Assembly (NCBI RefSeq): GCF_020745735.1
Contig: NC_083426.1
Span: forward strand, 39,370,001-39,434,000
Direction: 5' to 3'
DNA: 64,000 nt
From: Hemiscyllium ocellatum
Taxonomy: Eukaryota
Shown: positions 14,201 to 24,452 of the stretch, piece after piece
How the letters are laid out: each line of letters opens with the position of its first letter
Numbering within the stretch: position 1 is the first letter of the stretch
Notes under the pieces: generated by a model
What the model was told of the DNA's origin: nothing
What the model saw: the letters and a program-made list of their open reading frames with translations, nothing else
Database searches by the model: none
Translations under genes and position numbers: made by a program

Positions 14201-17200
14201 CCTTCATAGGTCTTCTACCTACTCGTGTTATGCTTCCCTGATACTGGTTATATTTTCGGCTCCCACTATAATTAACAACACAGTATTGTCAAGAGCAACT
14301 ACTCAGCAGTAGGCATCTTATCTTTGTTCAGTTTGAGTTCTACCAAGGCTCCAAACCACATTATACCCTTGCTCCAATCATGAGCAAGGGGCTATATTCC
14401 AGAGATATAAGTTAATTTTGTTTTTTGGCTGGCCAGCATTCATTGCCCATCCCTAGTTGCCCTTGAGAAGGTGATGGTGAGCAGTCTTCTTGAACCATGG
14501 CAGTTCATGTCCTATAGATAGATAAATCCACAATGCCCTTGGGGGAGGTTCCAAGGGTTGTGACCACAGAATGTCCTTGATATCAAGGCAGCACTTTATC
14601 AAATATTGCATCAAGGAAACCTTTAAATAGAAGTCAGTAGGAATCTAGGAAAACTCTTCAGTGAATAGGGCTCTACCAAGCAAAAAGGTTGCTGGAGGCC
14701 AACTCCAAGACACTCTGCAGGAGTTCCTCAGGGTAGTTTCCAACCATCTTTACCAACTTCATAAATAAAGTTCATTCTCATCATAAGATCAGAAATGATG
14801 ATAGTTGGAAACTACCAAGAGGAGAACCCAGTGGTTTCACATTGCTTATTCATGTCTCCTCAGAAACTGAAGCAGACTAGATAATATCCAGGCTTGGGCT
14901 GTTAAATTGCAAGTATTATTTTATGTCACACCTATGCCAAGCAATGGTCCCCTTCAAAAATTGAGAATCTTACCATTTCCCCTTGATGTTCAACAACATT
15001 GCCATTGCTGAATCCCCAATCTTTTGTTTCATGGAGGTTATTATTGGACTAGCCATACAAAAATTGTGGCTACAAGAATTGGTCAGAGGCCGGAGTTGTC
15101 TGGTGAATATAATCCACCTTGTGATTCCTCAAAGCATGTCCACCATCTACAACGCACACCTCAGTAGTGTAATGGAATACTTTCCACCTGCCTGGATGAG
15201 AGCTGAAAATATGTTGCTGGAAAAGCGCAGCAGGTCAGGCAGCATCCAAAGAGCAGGAGAATCAACGTTTCGGGCATGAACCCTTCTTCAGGAATGGATT
15301 AGCAGAGCTCCAACCACACACACCAGAAGCTCAACGCCATGAAGGACAAAATTTCCCATCTGCTGTGAAAGCATATTGCAAGTAGTGTGTACCATTTAAC
15401 ATTTACTGCAGCAACTTATCAAGCAACCTTCAAAAGCAGCTTCCCAACCCATTACCTTTTGAACAAAAAAGGACAAGGGCAGCACATAGATGGGAAGGCC
15501 ATCAACTGCTAATTTCTCCTCAGGATTGGGTGCATTATCACAATTCTGGGATATAATGATGCTTTTTAATTTCTTACATGGAGCTGTTAAAAGGTAATGT
15601 CATATCATACAGTGTATTAGCCCCATTTCTTGATAATTCTGAAGTGAGTCTAAAGTTGAACACTATCCCTGCTAATTTGTATTGACAGACGATCCCCTAA
15701 CTTGGAACAATACCAATGTTCCTTCACTGTCATTCGGCATAAGTCTTGGAACTCTTCTTCCCCCTCCCACTCCCACCAAGAAAACAGCAAAGTGGGAAGG
15801 TAGCTAACCGCCACATCGCAGGCAATTAGGGTTAGCAGCAAGTGCTAACCCTGCCAGCAACGCTCACAGTCTTGAAATATTAAATAAACTATCAGCTATG
15901 GTAAATTTTGGCTGGGAATTTGTATTGGCAACCATCAGGAGGTTAGAAAGCAGATCAGTGGTGAGCTTTATAAAGCAAATAGCATCATTTTGTGCTGCTT
16001 CCTTAACCTACAAAACACTTGTGTCTTCCCCTTCCATTGCACTCCTTTGCTCATTTGAAAATGCCGGAGGCTGGAACTGAGTGAAAGCCCTTCTTGTATT
16101 TAATCAGGGCTGGTGCATACATGTGGTGTTGTCCCAAGATCACCCTTGAAAAAAGAAGTTGGAAGCTGAGCTTGTCCCCAGTTCGTCCATTCCGGATTCA
16201 CAATTAGCAGCCTGAGGTTACGACCACCTGTGGCTTCTCAGAAAAATGTCAAAGTTTTTTTTAAAGTGGGGGAAAATAATCAACATTTAGTTATCCATCT
16301 AGTAATGTATTGTGGTAATTAATCATCTTACATAAACGCACTCAATATAAAGTTCTTGGAGATAGTCTGTTGCAATAGCATTCAACCTTGGACTCACTTC
16401 AGAGTTATCAAGAGATGGGGCCCAAACACTACTGTATGACATTATCTTTTAATAGCTCCAAGTAAGAAATTAAAAAGATTCATTACATCACAGAATTGTG
16501 ATAATGCACGCCTTGGTTGGACAGTCTAGAGGGCAAAATTTCCAGATTACAGCATCTATTTGGCAAAATATTATAGTTCAAAGTTTGTGAGAAGATTTGT
16601 AGCTCGGGTGCTCATTGTTGTGGTTCTGTTCGCTGAGCTGGGAATTTGTGTTGCAGACGTTTCGTCCCCTGTCTAGGTGACATCCTCAGTGTTTGGGAGC
16701 CTCCTGTGAAGCGCTTCTGTGATGTTTCCTCCGGCATTTATAGTGATTTGTACCTGCCGCTTCTGGTTGTCAGTTTAAGCTGTCCACTACAACCAACATG
16801 AGTTTGACTGGGACAACACTACTATTATAGGACAAGCCAAACAGAGAACAGCCAGGGAATTCCTAGAGGCATGGCACTTATCCACAGATTCAATCAATAA
16901 GCACATCGACCTGGACCCAATATACCGACCACTGCAGCGGACAGCTGGAACTGACAACCGGAAGTGGCAGATACAAATCACTATAAATGCCGGAGGAAAC
17001 ATCACAGAAGCGCTTCACAGGAGGCTCCCAAGCACTGAGAATGTCACCTAAACAGGGGACAAAATGTCTGCAACACAAATTCCCAGCTCGGCGAACAGAA
17101 CCACAACAAAGTATTATAGTTGCATATCCATCCTGCATTGATCTTATAAATTGTATATGTTGTTCATAAGGCTTTTAAAATTGAGTTGCACATTACATTT

Positions 17201-20200
17201 TTTGTAGCTGGAGAAACTCTGTTCATTATTGCGGCTGTCTGAACTCCCAGAGCACCTCCTGCCCCTGACCTGCATCAAACTGATCTCCTTGTCATCTGAC
17301 CTCAGTTACAGTAATGCGGCTGTGCTTGCTCGGAACCTCTTCCTGATGAGGGTATGATCATTCTGTGTGCTGTAATTTGGAACTGAAATTTCCAATTTTC
17401 TTCCCCTCCCAGCTTTTTTACCTTAACTGCATAGACTTTTCAGCCTTTGAAATTTGAATGGGCTCCTCTCTCATCATAAGCAACACTTGATACCCAATAT
17501 TGCTAAGCCACAAGTAACTGCAAATGTTATAATTTGTTATTATCATTTGTCTAGCATTGGACCATGCTCACCCACGTATGGAAAGATGTATTGCTGGTCC
17601 TATGTTATTCCTAGTAAGAAATCCTGAATTGGAGAGAATGAGTGAGGAGCATGGACAGTAGTAGTTTCTGAAGATGTTTTCACCACGTCTACTCTGGATA
17701 TATCAGAGCTAGAGGGTTTTGAGCAGAAAAATTATTTTCACACACACTGATGAGAGGTGAGGTCATGTTGGTAGTATTTCTACTACAAATATTTGATTTG
17801 TCCTATCTGTATAACTACAATATATATATTAGTTAATGATGCTTTATGGCAAGATTCGGAGAATTGAGTGTTGTGTGGCCCCTGGGTTTAATAACTTTAT
17901 AAGGTAGTTTGTACAGAGGAAGTGAAGATTGATACTTATATACATGCATGTGACTATAAATGATATAAAGCTCTTCTGTTGGCCTACATACCAAAAGCAG
18001 TGTTTAATTGAACCGTGAAGTTTGTTAGCTTCTTTAGATTGATTTAAACTCGTCTCATCATGGTTCAGGAGGCCATTTGGCCTACACAATCTAAATTGGC
18101 TCTCTAGAGAAAGCAGAGATTATCTCATTTTCCAGCTGTATCCTCAGAACCTCTATAAGCTCAAGTGCCCATCCAATTTCCTTTTGAAATCGTGCAATGT
18201 CGCGCTGGCCCCAGTCAGAAGTGAGTTTTAAGTTGCTATCACTTCACCATTAATTAATTGTAATCGATTTAACGTTAGAAATGTTCATTGCTATCTAGTG
18301 ACACTTGCTGACTGTGCAAGAAAACCAGGTTAAAGCTTCCTGCGATGCCTCCCATAGTCAAATATGATGTTAACATGTGTTTTGTGTAAAGCACAATTTG
18401 GGTTCAACTTGACAAATCACCAGGAGGTTCAGGTACTGGTATAATTGTGCAGTTGATTGAATAAGAGTCAGCCTTATAGCCTCAGTGATACTGTAGGTAC
18501 GGTTAAATACAAAGGCCTTATCTTTACTGATTGTGTCGTGTAACTGTCTCCAACTCCCCATTCTGTCTCTATGCATCTGTGATCTTTGTTCGCTTTTCAA
18601 CAACTCTTATGATCTAAACTTTTATCCCTATTTAACCCTTAAGTAACTGAAGCTTTTAACTCTTAAACCCCCTTCAGACATGTTGAGAAAGGAATGAAGT
18701 AGTGAAAGCAGTTGTATAATCGTGTCCCCAAAACGAATGGCTTTCCATAGGGGAAAGGCAAGTGATAAATAAGTGGATTGTGTGTATTTACAGATACTTT
18801 CACTGACAGAGCCTGCCTCACGCTTTCTAATGGCTGCCATCACTTCATTTTGCAAGAAATATGTACGTCCATCCTGCACTGCTCTGATTGGGCCACTCCT
18901 TCAGACTCCAGACATAGGTACAGTAAGACGATTTGAACAACTGTGAGACTTGCATTGATGGTAACTGCTATCACTGTCCAAAATGACTAAATCATTTTGC
19001 TCTTTTTCCTTTTTTTTAAATTGAATATCAAGCCAATATTCACCTGCAAATTTTCCCATTAGGAAAAAAAAGAGTTTCAGTGATTTCAGTATTGATGCGA
19101 TGATCTTGCTGTTTGCAATATTATGTGTATGAACCGGTGCTTTTTCACTTTATGGAACAAGGTACTGAAATAGAACATGGAAACCAAAGAACTGTTAGAT
19201 GAAGAATGTTTGAGGTGACTATTTCATCTTTTGCAATCCTGGCAGCCACATTGCTAGAACAATTCCAACTGACAAATTGTAGTTGTAAATCTCTTAGTCC
19301 ACAACACACAAGGTGACGTAAACCCATACTTGTGCAAAGGTTTAGGGACCATGGGTCTAAACCTACTTGATCCTGTTATAGAATGCATGCTGAAAATGTG
19401 TTGCTGGTTAAAGCACAGCAGGTTAGGCAGCATCCAAGGAACAGAATCCTGATGAAGGGCTCTGGCCCGAAATGTCAAATTTCCTGTTCCTTGGATGCTG
19501 CCTAACCTGCTGTGCTTTAACCAGCAACACATTTTCAGCTCTGATCTCCAGCATCTGCAGACCTCACTTTTTACATAGTGTAGAAGTTCAGCATGTATTC
19601 TATGTCTTTATGTATTCTTATGTATATGAATAACTTTGAGTACTCAAAGTTGTATTTGTATTCCTAAAAATTGACTAAAGTAAGTCATAGGTTCCAATAC
19701 AAATCAATATTGAAGTCAATTAATGTCCTTTGGGCATTATTTTACATGGAAAAAAAAACCTTCTACAAGTTGAAATAATATTGCATACATTTATAAAACT
19801 ATCCATGCCTAGTTGATGGGTTCACAAAATAAAATGGAGGAACCTCGATTATCCGAAGGAGACAGGTGGGGAGTATTTCATTCGGTTAATCGAATTTCGC
19901 ATAATCACATGCCGGTTAACATAGTTTAGCCAAGCATCAGGATCTTGTAGGATATTCAGATAATCAAGGTTCTTTTGCACAAATATTGAAAGAAACATAA
20001 TACAGATTCTATACAACTCAGAATTTTAGATTCATCTGGCTCCATCTAGTGGCTAATGTTACTTGATGCAGGAAGCTGCAGAGATCATCCACTGACCAGC
20101 AAGATAAATTTTCTTGGTATGAGAAGGAACCGGTTTCAGTGGGTGAAGGGGCTAGCCGAAAATAAGTACAGAGGGAGACAAGGCCAGGCCCAGGGGCTGA

Positions 20201-23200
20201 GGGAATACAGCAAACTGAGGCAGAGCTGGGGCAAGGGCAGAAAAAAATAATGCCAGAGAGAATCAACTCCAGACAGCAGGAATGTGGGATGATGTTAAAC
20301 TCCAACTGATGACAATTGAAGCAAACACAGGCCTCTTTTAAAAAAAAAATAAAATGAAATAATGTTAAACACTGCATCCCAAAGTATTATCTTTCGAAAG
20401 AAATCTAATTTGATTTAGTTTGAAGTTGCATTCTCCAAGTTATATAATTACAAATATGAAGTCTACTCCAGATTGTTGTATCAAGGCTAAATTCCATCCG
20501 AAGAGTATTCACAATGTCGTTTCAGTGAATGACCACAATGCTTCTTAATCCAATGTCGAAACTTCCTTTATCTCTATCTGAAGCAACAATAGTCAGTTTC
20601 AGAGTCCAGTCGTAAGCTTGTACTATTGTCTTTTCACATTGTCCATTATAGCAATAACTAGAATATTTTGGTCTGTACATTAATTTTTCCAAACTATACA
20701 AAACTGTTTTGCCTGCACTTTCATTTTTCTTAATTATTTGCAGGAAGTATTCAAGTAAAATTGATTTGCAGACTTGCAGAAGACTGCCTCGAACCAGAGC
20801 ATCTAACAGTGATATTTGGGTAGTTATTCTATCGTTAATTAATGTTTATTGCTTGTATAATTTGTAAATTCCTCTCAAACAACACAAAGTAGTCAATTCT
20901 TAATTGTTTTTAAACAATTTGTACAAAAGTTTTTCCAATGTCTTTAAGATAATGACAAAATTGTTGCTTTAAAATAAATTTAAAACGCAAGCCTCCATGA
21001 AACAAGGAGAGTATTTTCAGCAAAAGATTTTTTTTAAATCTGCAGTCAATTTTGAGAGGATTAAAAACTTTTGTACAAATTGTTAGAAGCAAAATTTAAG
21101 AATGACTACTTTGCACTGCTGGGTTGTAGACTTGGGACTATTACGCTATTTGGAAAATCTCAACATTCAGCACTGCTTCATTATGCTTACAAAAATGTTA
21201 GGGCAAATGCAGGGAAGTGGGTGTTTGAGTCAGAACTCTGAAGCTTTCACTGATTTCTAGTTAGTTATGGTTAAGAATGAAATTGGTTAAGTAAGCATAC
21301 TGTAACAAAGTGTAGTCCCTTTTTTGAAAGCAAAACTCCTCCAGCATAATTGAGATAAATGAACAGTTAATCTGTTTTTGGACAGAGCAAGAGTGTTAGG
21401 TCAGGACTTTGGACTTATGTAAAAGATTGACTTTTTTTCCCCCAACAAGGCAAATTAAATTTTATTTAATATTTTAGCCAAAGTCTGGCCCTGGTGGTGT
21501 TGAACTTATAGAGAATAAACCCCAACTAAAACTGGCAGACAACTCAAATGTATATTGGTTTCCATAGTGGTAGATGGTATCTTAGAACAAATTCACATCC
21601 CTACTACGAAAGTTGAAGAAATCACATAAGTGTTGATACAGGTACAAGAATGCAGACCAAACAAAATTTTAAATGAGAAAAATTTGGAGAACTGAAAATA
21701 TTGAACTGTAACAATGAAAGAGCATAATCTAGTAAGATTTTCTTTTAATGTATTACTAATTAACGTTATATGTTCACAGGCACATCTTGTCCATTACATG
21801 GAGTGAAGAGTTACTTTCTGTGGTACATACACTGTTTGAGAGAAAGGTGAGTAAGCTAGTGATTACCACGATGCTAGTTAGTATCTGCCAACATGTTGTT
21901 CAGGAGTAATGTCACACTCTGAACCAAGATATCTTGGCTCAAGTCCCATCTGCATAGGTGTCTCTTAACATGTTAATTAAAAATGATACAAATCAGACTA
22001 ATCTGGTATTTTATCGGATGTAAATCTTGTACATGAAGAGATTGTTTAAATGATGTTCACGTGGAATTCATTTGCACTTCTGGGGCCAACTTAAGGCCCT
22101 TTGCATGCAGTGGTAGCATCGCTACCCCTGAACCAAGACACCCAGGTTCAAGTCCCACGTGCTCCAGAGGTGTGTTAATAACATCTATCACCTGGTTAAT
22201 TAGAAAAATAAGTTACAGATCATTCTGCTATAACACACATTTCTTTAATGCAAATTTGCTATCACACACTTGACAAATGTGGGACACTTCCTAAAGTGGA
22301 TATTGGTTATAACATGGGGTTGTAAGAGAGCACAACTGCTGTGTTATAGCAGACCAACTGTATACATTAAAAAAGGGGACAAATATTGTGTCTGGTTATC
22401 TAAATAGAATATCAAGTTCATAACTATCTCTGTATCGTTCTTGGGTAGCATATCAGCTACCACAGTTGAACCAGCAACAGCAGGTTGAGAACAATCACTG
22501 CCAAGTATAAGACTACTTCCCATTCATTTCAGTACTGAGTACATAGAAATTGTTAATTTTGATTGACAGAATCGACTTAGAAATGATCCAGTGTGTATAC
22601 CATCTTAGCTAATGGAGCAACTGTTTCCCTAAGATATTTTATTATTTAGAATTACTGTTATGCAGGTATTCCTATTTGTGTAACATGTACGCAATCTTCT
22701 CATCCGAGGCAGCTATTACAAGCTTACCTCCCAAGTCCTGCATATAACCTGATTCCATGCTTTGTTCACCTCTTTTTTGATAAGAATTAAGAACTTCAAC
22801 CTACAGACTGCCTTTTTACTGCTGGACTATGGAAAATAGTTGAAGTAGTATTTCCAGAGAAAAAGTAATATCAACAGGAATTTGTGCACTACTTACTGTG
22901 CAGATTTAAAATCTAATGTTTGCCCTTGTTAAATGGCTGATCATCTAAAGTTTGAAACATCATAATTTTCTCATTGACATCTAAGTTACTTAGTAGATTA
23001 TTATTTTCTAGTCAAATGCAGCAAACCAGCAACTGCAATATCTCTCGTGACTAGATCATTTGTTTTCACAATATTGGCCGAGAGGATATTATCCAGGTAC
23101 TAATTTGCGACTTGAACCATTCTCATTCTGTTTTTCTTAAAAAGGTTGAAGTAACACCTGAACAATTTGAGCAATTTGTTCAGAAGCTAAGCCAAAATGC

Positions 23201-24378
23201 AGGAAGTTTCAGCAAATCAATGAAATATGCCAAAGTGATGCTGGCTGCACTTACAAAGTACCAGAGCTCTGTGAGTATTACACCTGAGCTTCTTTTAAAA
23301 AAAACTCAAGCTGGCCTCTTTTCAGGAGAGTTGCAGGAACAGGAATCCAATCATAGACAATAGGCTTGCTCAAACCACTTTGCCCTCCTGTCAGGAACTG
23401 AAATAGAGGAGATGGGGTAGCAGCAGCACTATGTCTATCCACCTAGAAATGTATAGATTAGAATATTATGCAAGTGGTAATTTGCATTATCTGACCCATT
23501 TTGTTGTTTGTGGCATTACAACGCAGGACAAGTGATCAAATTAACCAAAACTCCAACATTATTGCAGTCATGAGGAAATGCTACCATCTGAACAACCCAA
23601 GCACAACGATTCTGCTTCTTGGCTTATTACATATACTGTTATTTTAGTTAACTATATCCTTCAGAATACTTTTTTCCCCTAAACAGATAATAAATATCTC
23701 AGGCCAATAAGTGGGGACAGAGGGAGAGCAAGATGAGGAACAGGGGAACCTGATTAGTGTTGTGAAAGGAGAGGACAGGGATGAGGATACAAGTACTGGA
23801 ATTAGGCCCTGTAAACAGCAGTGGCTTTCTACTTCCCTGACTTAGATTAGATTCCCTACAGTGTGGAAATAGGCCCTTCCGAGGGTCAGTGTGGACTTGT
23901 TGGGCCGAAGAGCAACCCACCCTGACCCATTTCCCTACATCCACTTCTGACTAATGCACCTAACACTATGGGCAATTCACCTAACTTGGTGCTGTGAGGT
24001 AGTAGTGCTAACCACCCCAATAATATCTTTGTCCTCTGAGTTCTGTCTCAGCCTACTGTCTTCTCCCCACCCCACCTCCTGGGGTCAGAACTGATGTTAA
24101 GAATTTACAACTAATCATTCTTTGTACTTCAACTGATTGTTTGCCATAGCTGGGATTTCTTTTCACAGAACTGATAGGGACTTTATATATGTCATTCTCA
24201 CTTGTTATTCAGTGACTCCAATTGGAGAACATACTTACAAACTGGGGTATGATAAAACTTGGATTTTTTTTTGTAGGTAACATCTGTACACAAGAACATG
24301 CTGTACTGCGCCCTAGATTTACACAAGACATTTCTGAAGAAGTCAATGCAAGCAGCGCTGAAGCACATTGTTACATGA
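2086..24378 (+). CDS. FANCE: Fanconi anemia complementation group E protein, whole spliced CDS: join(2086..2294,4585..5224,12187..12231,14014..14067,17208..17351,18794..18917,20744..20819,21780..21846,23145..23270,24277..24378), 1587 nt, 528 aa
   Basis: All exons have AG/GT boundaries and join in frame. The translation follows human FANCE as I remember it (KPL..LP...RNL, ECDPSQ, DLSYSNAAVLARNLFL, ILSLT.PASRFL, SMKYAKVML, TFLKKSMQAALKH). Exon sizes 45/144/124/67/126/102 match the remembered human structure. Confidence 0.96.
2480..3170 (+). mobile_element. Two degraded Deu-domain SINE copies (SacSINE1/AmnSINE1-like)
   Basis: B-box-like GATTCAAGTCC, central gtgtcctggacaatatttatcc motif and L2-type tail; a second partial copy at about 2950-3170. 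Confidence 0.55.
3385..4245 (+). mobile_element. Degraded CR1 LINE fragments (RT part, ORF1 esterase region, start of endonuclease)
   Basis: CR1-like phrases such as aaatgggcag...gtgggaaagtgcaag, ggactgcta-like/gccacgtgc, aatatccagg...tttaggaaggac...aggaggtagg. Confidence 0.6.
4585..5224 (+). CDS. FANCE: FANCE coding exon 2 (KPLFYLLPAMVRRNLLSFL...LNLPEHVK), includes NLS-like PKKRK and MKKIK
   Basis: Acceptor ttttttag|a, donor AAG|gtacag; lies within ORF 4511..5257. Confidence 0.95.
5810..6100 (-). mobile_element. HE1-like V-SINE
   Basis: Reverse complement has tRNA head tggctcagtggttagcattgctgcc, V-domain tcctcccacaatccaaagat and a CR1-type tail. Confidence 0.85.
6195..7095 (-). mobile_element. 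CR1/HER1-like LINE 3' portion
   Basis: ORF 6748..7101 (EQRDLGVQVHSSLKV) and 3' tail; interrupted by a Penelope-derived insert at about 6382-6513. Confidence 0.9.
6382..6513 (-). mobile_element. Penelope-like pLTR fragment with decayed hammerhead motif
   Basis: gtggtgctggaaaagcacagcag...ccctttatcagg, same family as the 3' end of the ORF-bearing copy at 46-47.8 kb; flanked by the CATTCCAT duplication. Confidence 0.75.
7560..9068 (-). mobile_element. CR1 LINE, degraded and deleted
   Basis: ORFs 8246..8497, 8509..8718 (SKFADDTKIGG) and 8848..9084 are CR1 ORF2 pieces. Confidence 0.9.
7747..7971 (+). mobile_element. Fold-back Penelope-derived mini-element with hammerhead motif
   Basis: Inverted gtggtgctggaaaagcacagcaggtcaggc arms; CTGATGA 7887...GAAA 7907; 14-bp flanking duplication ACTTCCTCTGGCAG (7733-7746, 7972-7985). 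Confidence 0.8.
9071..9740. mobile_element. Non-autonomous Tigger/pogo-like DNA transposon
   Basis: Imperfect TIRs CAGAACGACCTCAATTATCC / GATAACCGAGATTGTTCTG, flanked by TA on both sides. Confidence 0.7.
9860..10180 (+). mobile_element. Old CR1 3' end
   Basis: gccatttaggactgagataagg...cttcactcaaagggt...tggaattatct, a typical CR1 ORF2 end. Confidence 0.65.
11260..11520. mobile_element. Penelope-like terminal fragment joined to a CR1 fragment
   Basis: gatgctggaaatgtgaaat...aaactcagtaggtctggcaacatctgtg, then QVHSSLKVESQADRIVKKAFG (ORF 11417). Confidence 0.6.
12187..12231 (+). CDS. FANCE: FANCE coding exon 3 (ACIPSLRDLFGAESD)
   Basis: tctttaag| ... |gtaagt, 45 nt, phase 0/0, equivalent to human DQLPRLQQLLKTLEE. 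Confidence 0.88.
12360..13135 (+). mobile_element. CR1/HER1-like LINE 3' end
   Basis: ORFs 12379..12624 and 12646..13017 (RRLRGDLIEVYK...TRGH...WNELP); tail tctatgaatctatgactat. Confidence 0.95.
13392..13716 (-). mobile_element. tRNA-derived SINE with gggcaattagggatggg tail
   Basis: Reverse complement has a B-box gggttcaaatccc and tail ...gggcaattagggatgggtaataaatgctgcctagccagcgacg; same family as 37700-38010. Confidence 0.7.
14014..14067 (+). CDS. FANCE: FANCE coding exon 4 (KLETSEELNIFNECDPSQ)
   Basis: ctttacag| ... CAG|gtagga; matches human ELQLLHECSPSQ. Confidence 0.92.
14690..15870 (+). mobile_element. Old non-LTR retrotransposon (CR1/L2 group) 3' part, sharing its tail with the SINE above
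   Basis: ggagttcctcagggtagt, caccatctacaa...gtaatggaatactttccacctgcctggatgag, tail gcaggcaattagggt...gccagcaacgc; related copies at 14420-14570, 41775-42600 and 63270-63600 (all - strand). Confidence 0.65.
15201..15294 (-). mobile_element. Penelope pLTR fragment with an intact minimal hammerhead core
   Basis: Minus strand reads CTGAAGA-A-GGGT-TCAT-GCCC-GAAA-CG-TT; flanked by near-duplicate tggatgag/tggattag. Confidence 0.75.
16579..17111 (+). mobile_element. Penelope-like element: inverted pLTRs around a GIY-YIG C-terminal fragment
   Basis: Arms about 16615-16785 and 16939-17109; spacer reads HEFDWDNTTIIGQAKQRTAREFLEAWHLSTDSINKHIDLDPIYRPL; TSD TATTATAGTT (16569-16578, 17112-17121). Confidence 0.9.
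16653..16692 (-). ncRNA. Minimal type I hammerhead ribozyme motif
   Basis: aca-CUGAGGA-U-GUCACCU-AGAC-AGGGGAC-GAAA-CG-UC-ugc: complete core, 7-bp stem II with one mismatch, palindromic ACGU stem III, GUC cleavage triplet. Confidence 0.7.
17208..17351 (+). CDS. FANCE: FANCE coding exon 5 (LEKLCSLLRLSELPEH...ARNLFLMR)
   Basis: tttgtag| ... AGG|gtatga, 144 nt. Confidence 0.95.
18794..18917 (+). CDS. FANCE: FANCE coding exon 6 (ILSLTEPASRFLMAAITSFCKKY...TPDIG)
   Basis: tttacag| ... G|gtacag, 124 nt, ends in phase 1. Confidence 0.95.
19389..19572 (+). mobile_element. Fold-back Penelope-derived mini-element (perfect 56-bp inverted repeat, hammerhead core in the loop)
   Basis: 19389-19444 is the exact reverse complement of 19484-19539; loop holds CTGATGA-A-GGGC-TCTG-GCCC-GAAA-TG-TC. 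Confidence 0.85.
19836..19978. mobile_element. Tigger-like MITE
   Basis: TIR-like GAACCTCGATTATCCGAA ... TTCAGATAATCAAGGTTC, related to the termini of 9071-9740. Confidence 0.65.
20744..20819 (+). CDS. FANCE: FANCE coding exon 7 (GSIQVKLICRLAEDCLEPEHLTVIFG)
   Basis: tttgcag| ... GG|gtagtt, phase 1 to 2. Confidence 0.92.
21780..21846 (+). CDS. FANCE: FANCE coding exon 8 (HILSITWSEELLSVVHTLFERK)
   Basis: ttcacag| ... AAG|gtgagt, 67 nt. Confidence 0.94.
21895..22210 (+). repeat. Two short tRNA-like SINE heads in tandem
   Basis: ctgaaccaaga...ggctcaagtccca (about 21918-21950) and ctgaaccaagacacccaggttcaagtccca (about 22128-22157) with similar downstream sequence. Confidence 0.5.
22216..22360. 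mobile_element. Tigger-like MITE
   Basis: TA|CAGATCATTCTGCTATAACAC ... GTGTTATAGCAGACCAACTG|TA. Confidence 0.7.
23145..23270 (+). CDS. FANCE: FANCE coding exon 9 (VEVTPEQFEQFVQKL...TKYQSS)
   Basis: cttaaaaag| ... TCT|gtgagt, 126 nt; lies within ORF 23112..23363. Confidence 0.95.
23781..24016 (-). mobile_element. HE1-like V-SINE, internally deleted
   Basis: (ttaga)n tail, ccctacagtgtggaaa, head remnant gtgctaaccac. Confidence 0.8.
24277..24378 (+). CDS. FANCE: FANCE last coding exon (VTSVHKNMLYCALDLHKTFLKKSMQAALKHIVT*)
   Basis: ttttgtag|, TGA at 24376-24378; matches human C-terminus TFLRKSLKAALKHL. Confidence 0.95.
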   Translation, partial: VTSVHKNMLYCALDLHKTFLKKSMQAALKHIVT

Positions 24379-24446
24379 ACTGTTCTGGCATCTAGATAAG
24401 GAATTGTAATTACATCATTTGTGAAACTGGAAGTAATCTAATCCAC

Positions 24447-24452
24447 AATAAA
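24447..24452 (+). terminator. Candidate FANCE polyadenylation signal AATAAA
   Basis: First AATAAA about 70 nt after the stop codon; another at about 24772. Confidence 0.5.
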
